Shown here piece after piece: positions 55,056 to 64,000 of a stretch of DNA of 64,000 bases (position 1 is the stretch's first letter; each line of letters starts with the position of its first letter). The notes below the pieces were generated by a model. That model saw only the letters and a list, made by a program, of their open reading frames with translations. It was not told where the DNA came from and ran no database searches. This DNA is from Octopus vulgaris (Eukaryota), in the NCBI GenBank assembly GCA_951406725.2, contig OX597826.1:33170001-33234000 (forward strand). The letters are read 5' to 3'. The position numbers were made by a program, and so were the translations under genes.

Positions 55056-55290
55056 ACAATTGAGGATAAAATCTTTAAAAGAAATTATCAGTAGTCAGCG
55101 TGAAAAACCTCGTAAGAGAAAAATCCGTAAAATCTTCCTCTTTGAAAATATTCATTTATATTATATTGAGGGTACTACTATTCGTAGATACCAACACGCT
55201 AAGAGGGACCAATGCGGTCAAAACTACTAAAATAAACAAAATTTTACCGAATGCAAAACTTCAAAACACATCATTTTAAAAAAGAATTCA

Positions 55291-55354
55291 GTTACATATC
55301 ACATGTGATTTCGCATTTAATGCAGAATATGCATTTCATGTTCGTCAGTGCAAC
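55291..55354 (-). ncRNA. Type I hammerhead ribozyme (inverted copy)
   Basis: Exact reverse complement of 55841-55904. Confidence 0.78.
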
Positions 55355-55840
55355 AAACTCAAGAAATATAAGAGAAAACATAACATTACAAGCTCGATAG
55401 CCAACCGTAGAATTCGTCGTAGCATGTACGAATGTTTATCTTTACATATCTATGAAAATGGCGGGCTTATTCGCAATGCATTTCGGTAACAAATTGTCTA
55501 GTCGGAATAAAAATTCAGTATTGAACTATTCTGGTGAATATAAATGAATATTTTCAAAGAGGAAGATTTTACGGAATTTTTCTCTTACGAGGTTTTTCAC
55601 GCTGACTACTGATAATTTCTTTTAAAGATTTTATCCTCAATTGTTAATTTATATTTTTCACCGGAATAGTTCAATACTGAATTTTTATTCCGACTAGACA
55701 ATTTGTTACCGAAATGCATTGCGAATAAGCCCGCCATTTTCATAGATATGTAAAGATAAATATTCGTACATGCTACGACGAATTCTACAGTTGGCTATCG
55801 AGCTTGTAATGTTATGTTTTCTCTTATATTTCTTGAGTTT

Positions 55841-55904
55841 GTTGCACTGACGAACATGAAATGCATATTCTGCATTAAATGCGAAATCACATGTGATATG
55901 TAAC
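55841..55904 (+). ncRNA. Type I hammerhead ribozyme with palindromic stem III
   Basis: gttgca-CTGACGA-acatgaaatgca tattc tgcattaaatgc-GAAA-tcacatgtga-TA-tgtaac. Confidence 0.78.
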
Positions 55905-56039
55905 TGAATTCTTTTTTAAAATGATGTGTTTTGAAGTTTTGCATTCGGTAAAATTTTGTTTATTTTAGTAGTTTTGACCGCATTGGTCCCTCTTAGCGTG
56001 TTGGTATCTACAAATAGTAGTACCCTCAATATAATATTA

Positions 56040-56116
<77 letters not shown>

Positions 56117-57440
56117 ATGTATTTATATATATATGTATGCATATGTTTGTGTGTCTGTGCTTGTTGCCCCACCGTCACTTGACCACCAATGTTGGTGTTT
56201 TTATGTCCCTGTAACTTAGTGGCTCACAAAGGAGACCAATAGAATAAGTACTAGGCTTGCAAAGAATAAGTCCTGGAGTCGATTTGCTCGACTAAAGGTG
56301 GTGCTCCAGCATGGCTTCAGTCAAATGCCTGAAACAAATAAAACAGAAAATGAACATATGCATACACATACACACACACACATATATATATATGTACACA
56401 CACACATATATATATATATATATTGTGCATGCACATACACAGGCATGAACCACATTCACTCTGATGAAAAAAGACAGAACACCTGCAAAATCTTAATCAT
56501 AGAAAAATGTCCAATTTTCTTTCCATAAAATAATTTATTTTATTCTAATCAATCGAATAAATAAATAAATAACATTAACGATTTTCATAGCTCAAATTTA
56601 ATAATTCATACTACCTGCATGATTATCTTTTAGATTTTGATTTTTCTAATTTCGCTTTCTTCAGTTTTTTTTTTTTTGCTTTTTAATTTTCTTGTAATTT
56701 TGACTCAAATTTGTGCCATTCTTCATAAACAGAAACCTATAAAGTTTTTCTGAATTCAAAATTGATTTAATAATATTCTGAAACAGTTCCTTAAGGATTT
56801 AGAGCAGCAACTCAAAGCCCTCGAAGTCCTTAAATTGGTAAAAATATTTTGTCTGTTTTGGCAGAATGCAGAGGGACACTATCTTGTTGGTATATTGTCA
56901 CAAATGTCCACCGGGGTTGACTTTGCTTTTCATGTTTTCAGGATCGATAAATTAAGTACCAGTTGTATACTGGGGTCGATCTAATCGACTGCCCCTCCCC
57001 CAAAATTTCAGGCCTTGTATCTAGAGCGGAAAAGGGTATATTGTCACAAATGTATAGAAGCTAGGTGATGATAAAGTTGGATTGTTAAGTGGTGTGGTTG
57101 AGGGGTAAGAAATTTTGCTTCGCAACAATATGGTTCCAGATTCCTTAGGCAAATCTTTTCTACGATAGCTGCAGGCTGGCCAAAGACATGTAGATGGAAA
57201 CTGAAAGAAGCCTGTCATATATATACATACATACTTATGTCACATGATAACATGACTAACAAGACTATTGGATGGTACTACACATCACTGGTCACAATGT
57301 GGCTCAGCAAAAGAAATTGATAAAACAGATACCAGGCTTTAAAAAAGTGAATGCTGGGATTGATTTGTTCAACTCAAATGCTTCAAGGCAGTGCTCCAGC
57401 ATGACCACAGTCTTATAGCAGAAACAAGTAAAAGAAAGAC

Positions 57441-57486
<46 letters not shown>

Positions 57487-57877
57487 CCTATTATTTGTTT
57501 CAGTCATTTGACTGTGGCCATACTGGAGCACCACCTTTAGTCAAACAAATTGACCCCAGGACTTATTCTTTGTAAGCCTATCACTGATTCTATTGGTCCC
57601 TATGCCGAACCGCTAAGTTATGGGCACGTAAACACACCAACATCAGTTGTCAAGTGATGTTGGGAGGGGGAAGGGACAAACGCAGACACACAAACACACA
57701 CACACATACGATGGGCTTCTTTCAGTTTCCATCTACCAAATCCACTCACAAGGCTTTGGTCATTCCGAGGCTATAGTAGAAGACACTTGCCCAAAAATGA
57801 CATACAGTGAGACTGAACCTGGAATCATGTGGTTGGGAAGCAAGCTTCTTACCACACAAGCATGCCTGCACCTACTA

Positions 57878-57989
57878 ATCTTATCAGTTAGGGAAGCATT
57901 TTGTGTGTATGTATGTTTGTGTGTGTGTGCATGCGTGCATGTTTTTTGCATGTGTGTGTATGAATGCCTGTATTTGCATATGCATATAT

Positions 57990-58077
<88 letters not shown>

Positions 58078-58093
58078 ACACACACACACGGGC

Positions 58094-58125
<32 letters not shown>

Positions 58126-58154
58126 ATACAAAATGCTTCCCTAACTGATAAGAT
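57878..58154. repeat. 27-bp perfect inverted repeat around a TG/TA/CA microsatellite core
   Basis: atcttatcagttagggaagcattttgt (57878-57904) versus acaaaatgcttccctaactgataagat (58128-58154). Confidence 0.9.
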
Positions 58155-58527
58155 GGAGACAAACGACTTCATTTGGTTGGAGTCAAAAGAAATTTCCTTT
58201 CTTCACAGTTTTGTTGTAATTTTCTATTTTGATTGCTGGGTGTGTCCCTGTTTTTGTCAGGAAATGTCTGGCTAATTGTCTGGCGCTGGGAAAGGATTGA
58301 AGAACCATTACCGAGATGATGGAAGGAGATATCTTTGGAATTGTTGCTATTGTCTATTTTTTTTTTGTTGTACTTGTATGTTTATTGCAAGACATCTAAG
58401 TGTGTTGTAATTGTTTTCTGTTCCGCGAGTGAGTGTGTATATGTGTGAGGTGGGTGTCTGTATACAAGAGTACGTACATATGTACGTACATAAATACGTA
58501 CATACATAATATATATACATATATATT

Positions 58528-58570
<43 letters not shown>

Positions 58571-58815
58571 TATATATATATAATATATACACATATATAT
58601 ATATATAATATATATATACATATATATATATGTAGATAGATTCACACACGTATGTTCCATGTACATGTGTGTTTGGATAAGTAGATTTTTAAAGTCCATT
58701 TTATTTTCTATGTAAATATAGGTATGCATATATATGTATACGTATGTATATATATATATATATATATATTTATAGATATATGTACATACACATATTTATA
58801 TATATAAGCGTATGA

Positions 58816-58862
<47 letters not shown>

Positions 58863-59355
58863 CATATACATATATATATATATATACATACATATATATA
58901 TATATATTATATATATATAATATATATATATATATTTATATATATTATATATATATAGATATATAGATAGATAGATAGATATATAAATACATATATATAT
59001 ATATACCTCTGTGAATGTACATGCACATGTATGCCTATATACATGCATATATATATATATATATATATATATGATGATGACGATATATATATGTATGTAT
59101 GTATGTATGTATATACGTAAATGGATATTTAAGTGTGTGTGCATGAATGTGCAGTTTAATGACTGCGTAAAGAAGGTGAGATGAGGTGGGAAGGTAATAT
59201 TTATGTCTGAGACATTCTGGAACCTACAAGTATATATACAACTGGAAGAAATTAATCTGAAGAAGAGGAAATTCAGTGCTCTTGTATTATTATCATTATT
59301 ATTTTTATTACTATTATCATCATTACCATCATCATTATTATCATTATTATTATTA

Positions 59356-59410
<55 letters not shown>

Positions 59411-59683
59411 CATTATTACCAGAGAAATATAAATATACTAAAGTATATACGAAGAAGCAGGCGCAGAAAAAAATTGGAATCTGTTAACAAAATAGGTTGG
59501 TAATATCTGTTAGAAATTTTTTTCTTTTTAATCTAAATTTATTTGTAAAAAATGGACTCGTTAATAAAAATGTTAAAATTTTTTATCAAACTGTTAACAT
59601 AATTGTTATTTTCAGAGAATGAAATAAAAACACTTTTAAATAGTTTGTTGCAGTTGTTGTCGCTGCTGCTGCTGCTGTTGTTG

Positions 59684-59715
<32 letters not shown>

Positions 59716-60119
59716 GTTGGTGCTGCTTCTACTGTTGTTGTTGCTGCTACTGCTTTTCTTTCTACTGTTTTTTGTTGACTTGTTATTGCTGTTTCTATTT
59801 TTTTTTTTTTTTAGCCACAGGTTGGTCCTGATTGGCCTGATAAATGGTAAAAGATATTTCAACAGCAATGATGATCCCTTCTCTTTCTCCATGCGTAGTT
59901 GACCCAGAAGAAAGGATTTTTTAAAAAACGAAGTTGGTTTAACCATTACATTATCTTAAACCACAAAAAGATAAGATAAGTGTTTGTAAATATGTGATGG
60001 AACCCTTATTTCCAACGAAATAACATTATAGCCCCTTCGAATTTTATAAGGAGATCCCCACCCTGGGTCCTAAAACCATTCTTGTTTTGCCTGTCAACAT
60101 TTCTCTTGGAGAACCAGTC

Positions 60120-60530
60120 AAGGTCTATGTAAACCTCCTCAAGGAATGTGAAGACGCAGACTGGAAAGTGGAGCATTTTTCCAATCGAAGTCGGATGTAG
60201 AGGTTTTGTTGGACACAATGTGAGATGACTGTTGTTATTGTTAGGCCTAACTCATCGTAAAGTAAATACCACCATGAGCGATATCCAAACTACAACGGAA
60301 AAGGCTGGCCACTGGATTTGGTTAAAAAGAGACAATGAGCAATGGCTAGAGAAATATTGAGCTATAATCAGTTGTTCTAGCCAGCAGAACCTCACATCAG
60401 TGATGGGTGGCGGTGTGCATTGTTGCCAACGAGAGGTAGGCCCCAAAATGGCATGCATTCTCTCCTGATGACCCCATACACTTGCTGGCTTCCAGTGTAT
60501 GTGGAGCTTTTGACTGGTAACACTTGCATG
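60120..60530 (+). pseudogene. 3' end of an RLE-type non-LTR retrotransposon, Hero-like
   Basis: With one frameshift it reads YVNLLKECEDADWKVEHFPIEVGCRGFVGHNVR*LLLLLGL..TEKAGHWIWLKRDNEQWLEKY* (stop 60358-60360). PxEVGCRGF and WIWLKR are typical of Hero-type C-termini. Not shown in the ORF track. Confidence 0.75.
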
Positions 60531-61488
60531 TGCAAGTTGTTTGCAAAACATGAGAGAATAGGCTGCGATTTGAGGTCGAGTTCACTGCTATTTTGAGGGA
60601 CTGTGTAGGGCGTTTTGTTGGTTGTTTTGCTTGAAAATCTTTAATCTTCATTGGGTATCAACTGCTAGTGTTTATGCCTTTAGCATTGAGATTACTATCA
60701 AACTTAATACTTATTTATGCCTGTTGTTTTGAATTAATCATGCATTATCTTGTAACCTTGAAATTTTGATGATGTGACTGTTTATTTTCAGAATGACATT
60801 GTAAGGTATGTGTAAAAGCCAAGATCTGCCTGGTTTCAACATAAAACAAGCAGAATATTTGGGCTGGATATGAATGATTTAAATGCCGAATACAGAAGTC
60901 CATCCCACTCAAATGGTCCCTCAATAAGGGTTGTTTAAAGATGTTGATAAAAACACCCGTGTTTCCAGAGGTGAATTATCCAAACCCCAAATAATTCTTC
61001 TCAATGCATAGTTACATTGGTCCCCCACTATTTCTGCTCGTGATCAGATGCACATTTCGCCAGCCACTAAGGGACATGCTCAACTGGTTAAGGTCAAACA
61101 ACTGACAAGCGAAGCTGTGGTGTTGAGCAGAATATTCACTGTAGCCCATCTTTTACACGTAGTGATGTTTCCCTGCTACTTCTTTATCATCATCATCATC
61201 ATCATCATCGTTGTTGTCATCATTATCATCATCATCATCATCGTTGTTGTCATCATTATTATCATCATCATCATCATCATCACCATCGTCATTGTCGTCG
61301 TCACATCATCATCGTCGTCATCGTCATCATCATCGGCATCATCGTTGTCATCGTCGTCATCATTGTCATCATCATCATCATCGTCGTCATCATCATCATC
61401 ATCATCATTATTACTATTACTATTACTATTATTATTATTATTATTATTACTATTATTATTATTACTATTATTATTATTATCATTACTA

Positions 61489-61525
<37 letters not shown>

Positions 61526-61731
61526 CAATTTTATAGTGACTGCTTTATATCATTGGTAAGTTCTTGGCATTTGTATTTAATTGGATTCTTTGATAAACCC
61601 CGATTGCCTGAGGCCATCACATGCAGCATCTGGCATCTTATGTCATTCCTTGTTATCTTCAATATAACAGCTCATTACAACTGTAACAGTTAAGATCAGG
61701 AATATAATGAGATGGGATCATGATTGTTATG

Positions 61732-61763
<32 letters not shown>

Positions 61764-63385
61764 AAGGATCATGATGATGACTATGATGATGATGGTGGTG
61801 ATGATGATTACGATGATAGAGATGGTAGCTATGATGATGGTGATGATGATGATGAAGGTGATGAAGATCATGATGAGAAGGATTTGAACTCAAATCATCG
61901 TTGTCACAGTTGTAGTCATCATCATAATCCCCATCACCATCATCATTGATATCATGGTTACCAATGTCAGTACCAGCACTACTGCATCTCCCTTCAACAC
62001 CACCACCTCAACCATCACCTCCACCTATAACAGAAAATTATGTCACCTAGGTAAGAGAATATCTGTATGTATATGTGATTGACAACAGGAAGGGCATCTG
62101 GCCATAGAAAATTCCCTGGAGCAAATTCCTTCCAACCCATGCTAGCATGGAAAAACAGATTGTAAAACGATGAGGATAATGATTGTGTAGGTGGCCAGTA
62201 TATAGAGTAATATTACAAACTTATTTTACCTTTCTGCTACTGCTCCTGCAACTGATTGTGGTACCATAACCAATTAAATATACATTTGCTTGAAATATAC
62301 TGGAAGTAATTCAACAGACTTTACAACATTTCCTCCCCGAAATGTTGCTTTCGTCTAGTCTAGGCAGTAGAAATTATTAGAGATTTACACTGCATTCATT
62401 TAATTTATGTATTATTTTTATAATTTTTTTCCCCTTTCTCTGTCCTGTTGTTTTTCTACAGCTGTGTTTACATTCAGTCTGTAAGGGAGACTTTAGTTTA
62501 GTCGGAATTGAAATTAGAAAAAAACAAACTCAAGACTCTACCCATAATATAATTTGTTATCTTTTCTTTCTGTCTAAACATTCATTCAGCCCCGTTTTAA
62601 TTAAGAGTTACCTTCAATACAGGACACATCCCCATTCACTTATGAAACATAACACAACAAGTGCTTGTGGAATTTATTTACACTCCTACAGAAACTAGTT
62701 GGACTATTTAACTTCACTGTGTTTTTGTCGTGTTTACTTTAGTTTATATTCTTGTTATCATATTTGATTCTCTCCCATTGTTGTTGTGGCTGTTGTTGCA
62801 TATTCGGCAGTCAGCACTGACTAACAAATCTACAATGCAGACATACAGAACAGGCCCTCGAGATGCTAGGGGGAAGAAATTCAGGGGCCTTCCAAGTATA
62901 TTTCATTTTAAATTATTTCACTGGGAGTAAAATCTATTGATAAAATGTTTCTTACAATTTGTTACGATGTTTGCTTAGCCACCGTATGGTTTGGGTTCAG
63001 TCTCACTGTAAGGTACCATGTCCAAGCATCTTCTACTGTAGCACTGGTCCAACCAATTTTTTCTGAGTGAAGAAAACAGTGTGAAAGCCTTTTTATATAT
63101 ATGTGTATGTGTGTGCATACATATATTTATATATATTGTACATAGGTGCAGGAGTAGCTGTGTGTAGGAAGCTTGCTTCTGAACTACATGGTTCTGGGTT
63201 CAGTCCCACCGCATGGCAAGTGTCTTCTACTATAGCCTCAGGCTGACCAAAGCCTTGTGAGTGGATTTAGTAGATGGAAATTGAAAGAAGCCTGTCATAT
63301 GCATATATTAGTGGTAAGAGCAAAGGGGTTGACTTCTAGCATAAGGTATGTCCACTTAGTGGTCATCCCTCTTATATGTATGTAT

Positions 63386-63550
63386 TAATGCACCTGCAAC
63401 TTATGGTTCAGCAGTGAACCCACTATTCAGTTCATAAAACCAGAAACCAAATGCACTTCAGGTTTTTTGTATCAATTTACTTTATATACATATATATACA
63501 TATAAATATAATATATATATATATATATATATATCATCAAACGATGATGA

Positions 63551-63594
<44 letters not shown>

Positions 63595-63708
63595 GTATAT
63601 ATATGTATATAAAGTAAATTGATACAAAAAACCTGAAGTGCATTTGGTTTCTGGTTTTATGAACTGAATAGTGGGTTCACTGCTGAACCATAAGTTGCAG
63701 GTGCATTA
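63386..63708. repeat. Fold-back palindrome with ~155-bp arms, loop AACGATGA
   Basis: taatgcacctgcaacttatgg...gtatcaatttacttt is exactly inverted at aaagtaaattgatac...gcaggtgcatta; only the (TA)n part differs between arms. Confidence 0.95.
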
Positions 63709-64000
63709 GCAGCAGCAGCAGCAAGGTAAATAAGTTTGTAGCCTTATTTTACATACACTCCACCTTCACAATGATCATCATCATCGTTCTACAATCTGCT
63801 TTTCTGTGCTTGCATGGGTTAGAAGAATTTGTTGGGGTGAGTTTTCTATGCCCAGATGTCCTTCCTGACACCACTCCTCCCCAGGTTAAGTAATATGCCA
63901 CTGGGGTCATCTTTGATTTTCATACTCTTCAAGGGATACTGGGGTTGGTGTAAATGACTAACCTGTTCCCGCAAAATTGCCGGCCTTGTGCCAAAATTTG

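Larger units (their letters stand above)
55053..56037. mobile_element. Retrozyme/PLE-like element: two differently permuted copies of a 496-nt unit joined head-to-head
   Basis: The + copy (55539-56034) reads A-then-B; the - copy (55538-55053) reads B-then-A. The copies differ at only a handful of positions and each contains the HHR. Confidence 0.88.

Overview
This is AT-rich, microsatellite-saturated eukaryotic DNA, intergenic or deep-intronic. I found no supportable host protein-coding exon: nearly all listed ORFs are translations of (TA)n, (CA)n, (ATC)n, (AAT)n and (GGT)n. The SINE repertoire looks like that of an octopod cephalopod (pattern recognition, not verified). The window holds four interspersed SINE families and 5'-truncated relics of four retroelement groups (R4/Dong-like, RTE, Hero-like, Penelope GIY-YIG). 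It also has a Helentron-type HINE, a young 155/156-bp tandem array with a 3-unit higher-order period, and several fold-back palindromes. The main discovery is a set of sequence-unrelated short non-coding elements, each carrying a minimal type I hammerhead ribozyme (HHR). There are eight HHR-like folds: 5701+, 13966+, 33326-, 40471-, 50229+, 54673-, 55291- and 55841+. Three of the elements are terminally redundant or circularly permuted units of 352, 397 and 496 nt, two of them with an inverted head-to-head partner. This is the footprint expected of Penelope-mobilised, circular-RNA 'retrozymes'. The HHR cores include unusual variants (G3-C8 swap, U4C, A10.1-C11.1). A further unexplained structured motif (CAGCUGAG-hairpin-GAC) appears to occupy the HHR slot in a related element. 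All folds were read by eye; none has been computed or tested.
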